A stretch of 64,000 nt of DNA from Yuukianura sp. NJ FZ-2021 (taxonomy: Eukaryota): NCBI GenBank assembly GCA_046563655.1, contig CM102286.1, forward strand, positions 12,896,001 through 12,960,000, read 5' to 3'. Positions 39,601-54,600 of this stretch are shown piece by piece. Each line of letters opens with the position of its first letter. Position 1 is the first letter of the stretch. Position numbers and translations under genes: made by a program. The notes beneath the pieces were generated by a model, which had not been told where the DNA came from, did not search any database, and saw only the letters and a list, made by a program, of their open reading frames with translations.

Positions 39601-42600
39601 ATTAATTAAAAAGTTCAAACTTTCTTTCCTCCTTTTCCTAAAATTAAGTAACTTTTTTTAAATTAAAAAAAAACTGCAAAGTCGTCAAAGTTTTTCAGCT
39701 AAAATTGAATAAAAAGATGAAACCTGAGGAGTCTCAGGTTACCGTTTTACAGTTCAAAGGTGATTGAAGCCAAGGTGGATAAGCCGATGACCTTTCAACT
39801 CGGTAGCAATTTGTATCAGTTCGGAGTTAATCCCAAAGCTAAGCCCCGAATTACCACTTTACCACCAAAGTTAAACCCTAACCTTAAAAAACCTAACCTG
39901 TACAGCTTCCAATGTTTGGCAACTGATACCCTCCCACCTAAGCAGTGTCCCTGGGATATTAGTTTTCCAAAGATTGGTCTTGTGTCACGAACGAAGCGAG
40001 TGTCGGCGGAGAGGAAATGATCTTTACCGATCCATCAGACCTAATACCATTAGCCGAGATGGAAGAAAAACGGAAACCTTAAGAATCTTTTCACGTAGTA
40101 CTGCCATGCCCTAACACTTCCGTCTCCTCCAGTAAAGGCTAACTTAAACCAAACCTATAGTGTTGGTCTCCACTCACGATTTTTCTTGGATCTGTCTAAA
40201 GACGTTTCCCTGCGTTCCAAATTTTGTGGTTTAATAAGATTCCGAAGAAGAGAAAGCTCGCTGTGTCCCATCGTTCACAGGGAAGTAAATAGGATAGTAA
40301 GTGGGTTTGGAAAGAACAAAGGGATCAGAGAAGACTATGAGATTACGTCAACATGGTCAACACAAAATAAATCCTCATCAGCTTCCAACTAGAGTCCAAT
40401 TTTCAAAAAAAAAAGAGAAGATTTTGACAAATTATTTTGAAATAGGTGTTAAATTAAAACAAAGATTTCAAGTTTCATTCCCAAACGAAAAATTTTTCGG
40501 AGAAAACGAGTTTGTAATTTTTAGAATTCTCTTTATTTAATTCTCTTTAGAAAATTTATTTTTGTTGGAAATACATTTGAAATAGCTAAAAGCATTTTTA
40601 ATGTGTTTTGGATGTCAATTTACAAAAGTTTTCGCTTAAAACAGTAAAAGCTATAATAAATTTTTCAGTAGCTGTTGAGTGCTTTCACTCGCCAACATCA
40701 ACAAAACATACAACATTGCTTTAAAAAAAATTGGCTATTTTTTAGGCTCAGTAATTTTTCATAAGTGAAGAAAACATCATTTTCAAAGTAAACAGTTTTT
40801 TCTTGAGCGGTTTTTCCAGTGCTTTTGATTTTGAATGATGTAGATAACGTGCTTATATTTTTTCTGAAAGTGGTGAAAGTGTGGGCTTTTTTGATTTTAT
40901 TTTTTATACCAAAAATACGAAGCGTTCGATTTTTATCTTTTTCTTTAAAGTGCTTGAGTACATTCACGCTTCCTATTTTTTGTTCTTATAAAAATGCGTA
41001 AGGCTGAAGTGGGTTCTGGCTTTTGGGAGGGAAAGTTGAAAAAAAAGCATGACAGGCGGGAGAAATTTTTGAAAAGTTGTTCATTCTTTATCCGCCTCTT
41101 GTTGAACTCTGGGTTGGTTTTTTAGGTTGAAAGTAATTTCTTTTACGACAGAGCACGTAATAAGTTTTAATTTTCTCATGAGCCTAAGATGGATTAAACA
41201 GTCAAGCCTCTCCTCTGCTGCTCTCCTAAAAGTGAAAGTGTAAAAATAATAATGGGTGAGAAATATAGAGCATGTTGGATGTAAAATGTCAATAAAATCC
41301 CATGAACGAAGGAGACCAACTGTGGTGAGAATGATTATTAGGGACTAGAAAGACTTTACTAAAATAGACGAGTAAAAAAACTAACCTAAAGAGACTTTCT
41401 CCCTTATTTCAACGACTGACGGCGGCACATTTCAAAATTGCGCTCCGCTTCATTCCCTTCTCTCTCTTAAGTCTTTATAAAAGCGGAGACAGCGAAAGCA
41501 GTACCTCGGAAATAATCTTTTCTAGAACCTAATCCCCACCAGGCAGCTTCAGCTAAGTCCCGACCGCTAGAACTGCTAGCAGCTAGCTGAAGTCGCTAGC
41601 TATTACATGTAGCACAGCTCTCCTACACATAGTTTTCTAGAGTTGGTTTTGCTCCACCCGAAGACTGAAATTACTTGAAGAGGACGTGATGATGGGCCTG
41701 TCATTTCTACTTTCTTGTCTATCTGAAACACACCACGAAGCCACTCGGAGAGATAGAAGATAGAAGACACCGTGGAATTTCACCGTGGAACCGCGGTGAA
41801 AGTGGGCTGACTTTCCCGGCTCCTGTCTCCAAGGTAATTCAGCGAGCCTTGCCAAAATAAACTTAGCGCGAAAGGGAAACATGGTTGGAATGTTTGGGAC
41901 GCAGACGGACGTTGTGTGTCGATGTTTCGTCGAAACACTGAAGCTGCACAAACCCCGGAAACTTCTGGTCCTCAACCCAGACGGATCATTAATCTCGTCC
42001 GAGTCATTCAAAACTTGCCGCACGTCTGTGTACAGCCTTTTCCGCAAAATATCTTCTCCACAACAGCTTACTTTCTCTACACAATTTCATATCAGCAAAG
42101 CAGAGCACCAACTTTCACTTAAGGATTTTTGACTTTAACTTCCGAAGTTAACCCAAATCGAATCATTCTTCCTCAACTGCTTCATTAATCATGAACAACC
42201 GCAGCCACCAAAGTACCCAAAATTTCTTTCCAAGCTTTTTTCAGCTTTTAAATTCTGTCAAATTTTGTCAATCGTTAGGCATCACAATTTGTGAAAAAAA
42301 ACGTTGACTTTTTCTTTGTAAAAACTCATAAAAAAAATTACTCCAAGGTATCAAACTTGACAAACGCGTGTCTCTTGTTTTGATTTTTTTTTCGAGTTTC
42401 TTCTTCTTTCACAAAAAATAAAAAGGGCATTTGGTGACATTTCTTTTTTTCACGAAGCTTTCACCGCTTTCTTTAGCACTAGTGAAGGTTGCAGCACTTC
42501 TTTTCTTACAAAAACTGACATTTTAGTTGTCTTAATTGGTTTTCGAAAATAGAATTAAGTAGAAAAGGCTGTTAGAAACGCAAGTTGGGGCTTAACCTTT

Positions 42601-45600
42601 GACCTACTCATGCGAATCGACCTCTCCTTTCTTCCAACCAACAACTCAAAAGCTTCACAAAAGCTTATTATTGCATTACCTCAAATCAGCTTCAACTTTC
42701 TCAAGACTTGAAAACTTTCTCCTAAAATAAACTACGCAAGGAAACGTGCTTGAGACACGAACTGATGCTAAAATATTTCGTTTTCTTTATGCCAGTGTAA
42801 TGGTTGCCACTTTTTTCATGAGAATTTTTAAAAGTGTGTATTTTAGCTATTGACAAACTTCAATATTCAAACTGAAACAAAGCTTTAAAAAAAATGACAC
42901 AGATTCAATACTTTGGAAAAAACAGAACACGGAAAATTCCAAGAAGCGAAGCGATGTACGACCTAATGCTACCCATGCAAAACTTTTATTGGAAAAAATA
43001 TTTGTTTTTGGTTGGATTATTCTTGGAACAAATTGGATATGACTTCGTGGTTGTTCTTTTTCCTAATTCTAGGCGGTTAGGTGCTATTTTTAAAATAATA
43101 TTGGTAAAGACGGAGACTAAGAGCGTTCGTTTCGCTCCATTAAGCATTCAAGTGGGAATAAAAGATATTCGGCTAGCAGATTTTAGTGAGGGAAAAACGT
43201 AAAGAAAGCAACGAAGCAGAGCACGACGCATTGGGAACGATCATCATCATTTCAACAGCAGTCGGCACTGGAACTGCATCCGAAGGAACAAAACTGCACG
43301 AAAACGCTTCCAATTCACCCAACCGTCCGTCCGTGTCTTTCTGTCATCAATTCTACGGTGGCTTGTGAAAGTAACGAATTCGAACGGAACCCGCCAAAGT
43401 CTTTTTTAAATTCTCTGCCATACGACACTTCTCCTTTTGTAAAGAAAATTGTGGTAAAAGTGGGTAAAGCTGTAAAAAGAAAGTCCAATTTACGAACGTT
43501 ACGTGTTAGGCTGTGGAACCGCCGTACAGTACACTTTTCAATCACATCAGCAAAAAGGAGTCGATCCTCTTTAATTACTTTTCTCCAATAAACACCAAAA
43601 AGTTGCTGACATGGCTGGAAAGGCTTAGTTTGGCTTTTCTCTTTAGGCCCCGTTCGCGTATACGTCCAAAACCAAAAACTTTTTTTTCTTGGGTCATACT
43701 GTTCTTTTGTATTCCGGAGAGAGCAGCGACAGAAGCTTGGTCGAAGAAAGCAAAAAAAAACTGGTATGCTATATGAGAAAAACTTTTTTTTTGCCCCGAA
43801 AACTTCTCATCAAGACATGCAATGAAACGAAGTTTAATTGAAAAGTCAATCAAGTTTCCAAAAAGGCAGAAGCTGCTGCTCCTGGACATTTTTCAGACAC
43901 GGAACTCTCCAAATCCTGCCATTTCCATTCCAATCTTGCCAAAATCTTTAGAAAAAGTTTTGTGATCGGTGTGAATTTTCTAATTTCGATAGAGCTTGAA
44001 AATGTCATGCTTCAGAGGTCAAGTACCTTACACCTTTTGATTGAGTCCAAAAGCTAACAAAAAGTTATGTTTTTGCTTTCACCAAAGTTGCATTGTTATC
44101 AGATTGTGTGCAAAACCTATCTTGTGTTCAGTGTTTGAGAGCATTTCTAATTTGCGCAGTTTCTGTTAGCCTAGGCGTGCCAAAGTAACTTTTTTGAGTT
44201 AAAGGTTATGCCTTTGCGGTTGAGATTTTTGTTCTATTGTTATTGTGCTAAATTTATGGTAATGTAAATTATTCGGTTATCGTAGTTCTAAATCTTAAGC
44301 CCACTCGATCACCTTCCTTCCGCCGAAAGTGGCATTTAGTTCATGCGGCTTTCTACTGAATCTATTGTTTACCTGTCTTCACGCAATTTAGTTGGTTATT
44401 ACGTTCAAACCTACTTTCCTTATTGGCACACGCCCATTTTAATTCTTCAAGGCTCTCGGGACTTGGTGAGAGTTTAGGCAACCAAATGAGTCTTGGTCTG
44501 AGTCATGGGCAAATTGCCTGAAAACTTCATAAAGTCTAATTCCATTGTTGCTGAAGTACATTTTGGAAAGCATTTCCTAGGTTTCCTGTGATGTGCCGTG
44601 ACATGACAGCTTCAAGCCTAGACGGAGACTGAATAGTGCTGACTTGACTTTTGGCTGCTACTCAACGACCTCTGACTCTCCTGAATTATCCAGTAGCTGC
44701 ATGGAAACAGATCGCTTAAGGTTGAGCGGTACCCGTTTCAAATCGAGCGCATGAAAATCGAAGTTTTCGTTGTCTGTCAAATTTGTGATTAAAATTTCAA
44801 TTTTGCAACTGCATTTAATCAATCAAAATTAACGAAATCAATAACAGGAATTCTGAAAATTTGGAACAACATTTTCCTCAATTCTCTCCAAAAAAAAGTA
44901 TTGCTGTGTAGTTAGGCACTGGCAAGGTGAAAGCAGCGAATTTCGACTGCAGAAATAAAAGGAAAATTATGTTTTTGATAAAATTTTTTGCAGCTTACGA
45001 GTTTTGCTCTCTGCATAACACTTTTCAAAATCTCTTTTGAAATATGTTCTAAAAAGCACTCTTGTGCCTAATTGGGATTAAATTTAGCACATACAAAACA
45101 TCTTAACAAAAACTTTCTCCAAGTCCTTTGATCATTTTTTGCAAATCTACTAATTAGGCCACTTGTATTTTCAGGACTTTTTTCGTCTCTAATTTTGCCT
45201 TTTACATGTAAACTTTGACGTAATTTCAGGTTGTGCCTTTTTTCTTTACGGGTAATTGCAGAACTTTGCGTTTTTTTCAAGTTTTAACGAAAAAGAAAAT
45301 TGGAGGAAAATAGTCCACCACGCTCATATGGCATCAAACGAACCGAAACTTGAAGCTTTCAATTAAGACCTACAACAGGGTTCTTTTAAATTCATTTTTT
45401 ATTCTTTGCCTTTTCGTCAGGGGTTTCAAAATTGCTTTTTTCCTGCAAGGCAAAATGCAGGAGCAACGCTATGACTAAACCTCTGAACTCTTGGAAATTT
45501 TAGACATTCCTTTTTGTCTTGAAGTAAAGTCGGATGCAGAAGTCAAATTAAATATTTTAGTACATAACTCTATTGAAAGGAGAAATTAGTTTGCTCTCTG

Positions 45601-48600
45601 CTGCCTTTAGTCCAAGAGTCTCAGGGTTTAACTTGTCTTTTGTCGTAATAAATGAAAAGGCTGAAAGCGAGAAGCAGTAGGAAAGGCAGAGAGTGTTATT
45701 GAAATTACGACGGCGGGAGTAACTACAGGAACAGCAAAAAGAAAGTTCTGATTTCGACTTTCACGGAAACTTTCTTTTAGCATTTGGTATTACTGCGTTG
45801 TCGTGTTGGAAACATGGACAAGGCAGAGAAAGTCTCAGATTAGAACTGGAACACACAAAATCTAAAAACTTCAGAATTTATTAACAAAATTAGTTTGCAT
45901 TAATTTTCTGGTTACTAAACCAAGCCCAGAGCAGACACAGATTCTGCGTAGAAGTGGAGAAAACCTTTTCCTCTTCTAGTACTTCCTTTAGTAAGGTTGA
46001 GTTTGAAACTGAAATTAGTTTACAAAATAAATTACTGAATGTGTCTACATTGTAAAAGCCTAAAGTGCTTTCTCTAAATAATGGAGACTCCAGAGTACTA
46101 CACCATTGGAGTTAACTTCACAGTTCCCAAATTGTGGCAAATTAAATACTAGTACCCACGAGTCACTTCCTGGAATCTCCTTCAGTTCCGCTAGATTAAA
46201 CTTGTTCTAAAACCAACTTGACACAACTAATTGCCTGATTTAACTTCATTCAACTTTTGTTCAGTAAACATCAAAATCCCTCAAAATTTAACAAAGATTT
46301 GTTTGTCAAAATTCTGGAATATCAACCAAAAATTTTTAATGCACATTCCGCAGTATCTAAGTTTTTTCAAACTTGTTTCTATCTAACATAAAATTTGTTT
46401 TTCCGCTAAATTTTTTTTCAGATCTAACCTTATCTTTTTTGTCAAAATTTCTAAATGGACAAAAATATTTGTGAACCATTAAGTTGGGTTCCTTTCTTTT
46501 AATAATCTGGATTTGTAGAATTAGAGGAGTTAGATATTTAGATGAAAAACAGTTGAAAAGCAGAAAAAAGTTGAAAACAAGAGTTAATTTAAAAAGAATT
46601 GTTTTTAGTTGAATGACAAAAGTTGAAGGTGCTAATTCATTAGACAAAACGAAGGAAAGGAGGTGATAAAACTATTTTGAGCGTCCAATAAAGCAGTTCC
46701 AAAGTGAAGTTTTGGAATGAAAGATAATTAGGTACAAATTGGTGATTCTCTTTGCAAGTTCAAATGAAATCTCCAGAGCAGAGCACAAAGAGTCCTCATC
46801 TCCTGTCTTTCAAACGGTGAAAGTTTAATGATTTTACAAAACTACAAGAGAAAGTTTTCACTCCCGCCTCTGATTGAGTCATTAATTCCTACGCCTCCCC
46901 TCGCGCTACTTTTCAAAACCCGCCTACAGTTTCCGACTTTCAAAATTTCAACAATCACGATTATTATTATTTTGTTAACGTCAAGCCAAAAAGCGCTCTA
47001 ACTGCTTTCACTCTTACTTTTAGTGTACCTACTCAATTGTGAAATTACTTTTAATAACTTTAGTTAACTTTGATTAAATTTCTGTCCAGTTTAGATTAAT
47101 TCTTTATTTGATTCATGTCCAATGTTTACTCAAGGGACACACGGATCTAAAAGTAGGTCAGAGAAAGCTCTCTCTCGTATTTACATTATTACAATTCAGA
47201 AATCCAGAGACTGATCTCCCTACCTAATCTGCGTTCCTTTGTCTCCTGGGAATAGCATTGTGCCTTCGCTTTACATACGTTAGAGTTTTCACTTTAGGCT
47301 TCTGTCAGACTTTCTCTAGTATTCAGTAGTACAACATCAGAATTTACGCTTGATGAAATTCCAAAATTGGGTTAGGTATGGTTGGTTGAAGTGCCCTTAA
47401 TTTCAAAACACTCAAAATTAACACTTTAGGCTTTTCTAAAATGTATAATTGTCAAGATGAGGGGGAGGCTTCATCTCACTCAAAGGGAACCCATCACTTA
47501 CGTCTTTTGTTACTTGGAATTTAGTTGTACTAAGCACAGCGTGATCTAAACACAACGTCACTTCTAATTTACATCCTGTTTAAAACTGAAATGCGAGTGG
47601 GAATATTCAGCGGGGCTTAAGGTTTCACATGCTAAGTTTATTTCAAAAGATTAAGGACGTGGACAAGGATCGGCTGTTCGGATTAAGCTTTCTACAAATT
47701 CAAAACATATTGAGATAGTAGAATTAAATGAACTGTGAAATCAGTCAAAGGCAAACAAAATGACACATCGTTTTACAAAATGGTGGATTTTGGAAAATTT
47801 TGTTTTTTTTTTAAAATACGTTCTTTTTAGACACCGATCTTGAAATCTGGGACGAAGCAGATTGTGATTGATTGCGTGCCACATGAGTGAGGAGGAAATT
47901 GAATTGAAAAAAAAATCCGATTGAAACAGAAACCCAAAAAATTCTTAATAAATCTTGAAACATATGGAATTTGACGTGAATTTGATCAAATCATAGTTTT
48001 AGTCAACCATTGCTTTTTATACTAAGAACCCATTTCAAGTAGTTTACTTAACTTTTTGCATAACTTTTTTTAAGAATATCGAAAGGAGAAAATTTTGACT
48101 CTAAAATAAATGGGATTTCACACCATAAGGTAAACTTTCTCGGTTTGGAAATGAAGGCAATGAACTTCTTATCCTCATCATCAAGCGTATGTCACTTTCC
48201 TTCGTGGTCTAACATCGTCCCAGCTGAACCGTCTCTTTGCCCATAAATAACGCTGTGGGGAACCGACGAGAAAGTTGGAGTGAAAGACTTGAAAAATATT
48301 CAACTTTACGAAGAAAAAAGAACTTAAGGGCTGTGAGACTCGAACTACCTTCCTCGTTTCTGGTAACCGGAGTCCTAAGGTTCCTGGATCAAGGCGACAT
48401 GATGATTTATTGTCAACTTTACAGCGTTAGAATCACAGCACTTGAACATTTTAGTCTCCTTGTTGAGCTCCAGTCTGAGCTTGATGCATGCTCACGTTTT
48501 CAAGCGATTTGAACATAGCATAAGCGCTTGAACACTCAAAACCTTCAAAATCTACTTTTCAAAGATTCTAAATCCTCCAATGCCAATAAATTAACCAGAA

Positions 48601-51600
48601 TTAGGGATTTGCTCAAACATTGTCATTCGAAGGAAAAATTTCAAAAATTCAAAAAAAAATCTCTAGCTGCAGCTGGTGAAAACTTCACATTTGTCTTTTT
48701 GGATTTAGTGAAAGACGGGGATTGGAAAAAAAATTGTGTTGTGAATTTCGAAAAAAAGGAGTGGTGTTTTTTTCCCTCGAAAGTTTTCAAATCAGGCATT
48801 GGAAAGGAGCAGAATTTGATCCAGGGTTGAACTTGAAGTTTTCTATTGTGACTGTCACTTTCGCTTTTTTTGGGAGAGAAAAAAGTAATATAAAAAGTTT
48901 TTTCAAGTTTTTTCTATTCCCACGCCACCATTCCCGTTTTGGAAATTCTTTGGAAATCACTTTTTAAACATTCAAGTAGTTCGAGAGGGTCGCAACACGT
49001 CAAACTGCGACATTGTCTAACTTTCCTTCAAAGTGCAAACAAAAACTGAAAAGTTTTCACTTTTTTCAAAAAATTCACGCGAAGGCGAAGGAAAACTTTA
49101 GTTTAATGTGACCTATGCAAAGTGTCTTGTCACTTTTCCAAAAAGAGAAGAATCAAGATGGCGCTGGACGAGGTCATCACCACGGTATCTTAGTTACTAC
49201 TACTATTTCGAAAAAGTCAAAATACGTTAAAACATTTTTTTTGAATAAAAACCCCATTGGTCCAAAAAAAAGTGTTTTTGAACGTCTGGTTTTTTCTTTC
49301 AAAAAATTGAAAAAGTGAAAGTCAAAGACACTTTTCGCCTTTATTCTTTGTCGTGCCCATTATCATATCATTTGGAGAAAAGTGCGCGGGAAAGTTTAAA
49401 ATCAGAAACAGTTTGCATACAAATTTATCTGCTTTTGCCGTCAACCCAAAGAAAAGAAGAAGAAGAAGTGTGACATTTGCTTTGGAATTTTCCTGCTGCT
49501 GATGAACCAAGATAAAGTTCTTTAGATTAACTTTCTCCACTTTCACTTTCCGCCAAGTCAAGTGCCAAGTTAAAGTTCCGCGCCAAAAGTGAAAAAATTT
49601 AAAAACGAAAGAAGAAAATGTGGAAAGAACGTTCTATTTGAATTCTACCCAAGTTTGTTCTAGTTTTCGAACACTTCTTTCTGTTCACGACCTGTTTCTT
49701 ACAAATGTTAAATTTTTCACTGCAGAAAGAAAACGGAAAAAAAATTGAATTAATTCCTACCCCGACCCTAACAATTCTGATAAAAATCTCAGCAAAGGAA
49801 AACGAAAAATGAGTGAAAATTCAAAAACAAAGAATGGAGAATCAAAAGTGTAGGGTTTTGGTTTTTGTTAAATCTTTTGTGGAAATAGAATAGGAGAGAG
49901 TAATCATAATCCCTGGCGCGTTCTACCTCCCGTCCCAGTTGCAATTAACCGACAGAAAACCGCGGGAGTTCTCGAAGCCATGAATTTGAACTTAATTGTT
50001 CCCGCTGCTGACTTCCATTTGGGTTTCTAATGTTAATTCCCACTCCTCTCCAAAAAGCCGGGACTTTCTCTTCTATTGTGTCTAATCATCCCAAATTGGA
50101 CTTTGGTTTTAATAAGCAACCGGAAAATGACCATGAGAGCCACAGCAGAGGAAAATGCAACGTCTACTTTTGGCTCCCTTTTGGTTCTTGAAGGTTTTCC
50201 AGCGCATGATTGCTTTGAGAGTTTATGACATTGCGCTTGCAACAAACAAAAGAAAGTCTAGCCTCAGCATTTTAGTTGGCGGAGTTCGTCCGAGAGTCTG
50301 CGGACGTTGAATGGGATGCTGCATGCTGACTTCTTGTTAGCCTGTCTAGCCAAAATTCAACCGAGATCTCAGAAAAAAGTCACGAATTTTGGACAATTTT
50401 TGCAAAATTATTTCTAACAGAGCTTACTCATTTTGGAACCTGGAGCGCAGCGTGAATCATGCGCTGTATGCATCGACTTTAACTAAATTGTGACAAGTTG
50501 TTAGGAGTGTTATGAGGATAAGTCGCATGTCGAAGCTAAGGGACCGATGATGTAGGGCTGACGTTTACATTAAGGACCTTCAGTTTTTAGTGCTGGAGGA
50601 ATGGTGTTGGTTGTAGTCGTTTCCAAGTGTCATTTTATGGAGAGTATTTTCTAAAGGGAATTTTCTCGGCTTACAATAAATCTGACTGGAGTAGATGAGA
50701 TGACATTGGCAACAGCACTGCCAGCCGTTCTTTTTTGGCAAAAAAATGTTAAGGCTTTTCAGTTTTTTGCTATAAAAATATTTTTATTTCTTTATTTCGC
50801 CATGGGTGCAAAACGGGACGGAAATGACACAAATCTGTGAACTCCAATTTTGTGCAGTCAAATGTGTTCAGTGAAAGCAACCAGAATATAGCCAAATTAC
50901 CACGAAAAAAACGCAACCAAAATCGATTCAATAAATGTGAAACCAACTTGCACAGTTTTAACATTTCAATTGAAAAGATCTGAATTTTTTTTTATTTCGT
51001 TATTTTTGAAACTAATTGCATAGTAATTTTTCAAAACAGCGTTTCATACAACACAAGTTAATTTCTTTATTCGTGAAATTTTTTAACTAACAAAATTAAA
51101 TTCTGCTCGTTTGAGGAATTTTTGTGTTTTACAATAAAATTTTTTCAGTTTGAGATTCTTTTCTGAAAATTTCAAAATTGAACATTACATTTTTTCAAAA
51201 CTGAAGACTCGAGCCAAGTACCTTAGGAAGTGGAGACTGTAGAAGAAATATGAGTATGAATGTTTCTGGAATCGTTGCTATCCTTATCTCGCAGCCTCCA
51301 GCAAACTCCTCATCTCCGCTTTCCTCCTATTATTCTCTCTTTTATCGAAATGGCTTCCAACTTTCACTTTCGTCTGACTCTAATTCCACCTCTTCAACTT
51401 CCTCCCCTCCCTCTCGACTTAATTTTTAAAGAATTGTTCTTAACTTCCTGCTCCGACCCAACAAACATCACTTCCCTAACGACCACAACAACCCTGCGAG
51501 CAACCGGAAGAGCAAACTAATTTGATGAATACCAACTCTAACCGCACTTTCTCAATTGGATGACGTGCTGCGACGAGAAAGACGGAAAAAAATTTCACTT

Positions 51601-54600
51601 AAAAGAAGACGGAGAAAAATATACGAAAAGGACCAAAAAATTCCATAACAAAAATGAAAACATCATCTCAGAAAGAGACCAAAAACTTCTACTCGACACG
51701 ACTCCTAGAAAAAAAACCAAGCGTATCGACAAACTCCTAGCATAGAAGCAAAATTTCATCTCGACAATACTCGTTTTCAAAATTAAAAACTCAAATTTTC
51801 TGAGACATGTTTAAAACTTACAGTAGTGACCAAATTAATCTGTATATTGAAACACACTTGTATAGATTATGTAAATATTCTAACTAGGACGCAAGGCTTG
51901 TAGATATTGATTTTTTTTAACAGGCTAGGTAATACCTCAGGCTTTTTTTTTTGATTTTGCAAAAAAAAGTGTCTCGTCATTTCAGGGCATCGTAGTCATA
52001 ACAATACAGCCAAAATTTTTAATTTTTCCATACGAATTGGTAGCAATTTTTCGGATTTGTGCTAAAACTGGTACCAATTGTTGTTGTTGTTTTTTCGTTT
52101 TTCTGTCAACAAGCGAGGTAGTACCTAACTTGTTAAAGAAAATTAACTTTTCATTGTCAAGGAACCTTGCTAGGGATGTTCTCATATTCTAGGAATGCGG
52201 ATCGGTTAGAATTCAACCTGTTTCAAAAGAGAGAGAAAACTTTGGAAGAAAAGAAGCGTGGGTTAGCAATGTTTGTTTACAGTTGCCTTTTTAGTCTCTT
52301 TTGAAATAGATCAGTTGATTGAGGACTCCTTTGACACCAAGTAATTAAAAGTCCAAAGTTTACGAGAATCTCTGGAGAAAGTGGAAGTGAAAGCATAAAA
52401 CGAAAGGGAGTCCTTAGCAATATAATGTCTCATTCGCCATTGTAAGACCTGAATTGATTAGCATTAATCTCCTAGCTCTTAATAGGCAAAGTTTCTTCTT
52501 CTTCTTTGCAACTTCTGATGCGTCTGAAAGGTTCCGAGGGGAACAACGACACATTAACTTCTGTCATAATAGGCTTCAAGGCAAAAGTGAAAGTGAAACA
52601 AAAGAGAAAGTCTCGAGAGCCATAATGGGCCTAAATTCCTAACATTGAGGGAACCTTTTATAACTTAGCTTCCAGGAGGCTATTAGCTTACTATGTGGAG
52701 TCCAACACTAGCCAAAAACTGTTGGCCAGCACAAGAAACAAAGGAGGATATCATGACGTTAAATGCTTGCTGGTTGGCTAAGTTTCCAAAATTTAATGTC
52801 CGTAATGTTAGATTTCAAATCCTTCGCCACAACTTATAAGCCAAGGAAAATGTGTATGTGATGTGACGAGAATGGGGAATGGATTTTGGTTTCCTTTTGT
52901 GTCAAACTCTGTGTTGGCTGTTGTTGTTCCATTAAACTAGAAAGAGCGGGAATCTTCAACTTTTAAACTGCTTTCCATTGAAATCGATTGTCTTTCAAAT
53001 GCCAAGGGAATGACAAGGCGGAAATGTAATGGGTAGTCGATTACTTCCTACTCTTGGCAACAACGAAGCAGAGCAGGATACTTTCAGGAACTTTCTCGGA
53101 CGAGAACAAAACTCTGTTAAAAGTTGGCCTAAATGAGCCAAAACGTGAAAGCAGAATCTCTTCCCAAGGAACTTTCACTTTCTTCCAAGGAATCTTTATG
53201 TCACAGTAAAGAACAAACAGGCTTTAAGATCAAATCTTGATGACTTTGTGCTCTTCTTGTTTTTTCAGCTTCTACGCAAACTCTGTAGGTTTAGAGCCTT
53301 GAGCATAAAATCCAATATTTTATTGAATTCCTCAGAACTTGGCATTGTTTTGACCAAATTTGGAATGTTCGAGACAGGCCATTTTTGTTTGAAAAGCATT
53401 TCAAAGGCCGCCGCTATTGTGAGCTTTATTAGGTTCGGTAAATATCAAATCCTGTCAGTATTTAGTTCAAAAGTAGGTCAAAAGTCGCGTAGCTTCAAGG
53501 TAGCCAGCCGTAGAAAACCACAACTATCGTCAAAGGATTTCAAACAAAACCAGTTTTTGAAGATTTTTCTGTTTTTCAAAATAGAGTTACCTTTCCTGTT
53601 GCCCGAAGCCACTTTTGAAGCCTCAGCGTTTTCAAAGCTCAAACTGACTGCGTATAGAAAATTTGTCAAAATTTTGAAAAAAAAAACTAGTAATATTTGT
53701 GATTTTGAACTTATCCCTGATATATTTCCATTTCGAATACCAATTCCACCATTACTGTACCGGCAACGACGTCTGGCGCATATACCGACTATAGTGTATT
53801 TTCATCATTATGATTACGAACTCAAAACATTACAAAAATTGAAAAAATTTGAACCTGATTTTTGTAAAATGAGATGATGCTGATACTCCAAAAACGTCCA
53901 ACTTTTCACAACAGTGTGTTTTCTTCTTTCATGTCCTTTCCAAAAATGAGTAAAAAAAAATACTTGCTTTCCCCGAGTTCAAATTCTCGCGCCTCTATCG
54001 ATCCGACGAGCGTAGATTTCAAAATTTCGAACCGCTGGAAGAATCACATCTTTGTGGAAACTTTTTCTATTGTATTCCGCAGTTCTTTGTTCAGTAACAC
54101 AATTATTTTCAAAAGATTGAAATGTAAGAAATTGGGAAAAGTTGAAATTATGAATCCAAAAAGTTGGAGCTCAAATTCTAAGAAAAATTCAACTTCAGAA
54201 TTTAATGAGGCCTGGCCAGAAGCATAACAAATTAAAATGGTATGAAGGAGACTTTCAGGCTTTTGCACATGCTTCGCTAGACCATTAGGTTACGTTAGCA
54301 TATTGAACCAAGGAGAGAACGAGTGAAAAGCCAGTTCTAGCACCAGGGAAGATGCAATTCCATCATCTATTTCCACCTTCTTCTAAAGGCTTCCAGTAGT
54401 AAAAGTGTTTCAAACCTCTCAACGGAGTCGTTTCAAATTCCAAAAGTCACCATTAGTAAAAGTCTTGTCTGTAGATTGGAGGTAGAAACAACGAAGAACC
54501 TCAGCGCCGTTTGATCAACATTAGGTTAAAGGGAAGAGGGGGCCCTTGGAAGGACCATTTAGAAGTTGAACCAGGGAGAAATTAAGGACCAGCATCTTCT

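Noticed and set aside
41637..42132. GC-richer block with overlapping ORFs on both strands and a CACCGTGGAA direct repeat
   Set aside because: No recognisable protein or splice structure; more likely intronic regulatory sequence, which cannot be shown from sequence alone.
53248..53877. Longest ORF in the track (209 aa)
   Set aside because: Non-ATG start, F/K/L/S-rich composition typical of AT-rich non-coding DNA, and no recognisable domain.
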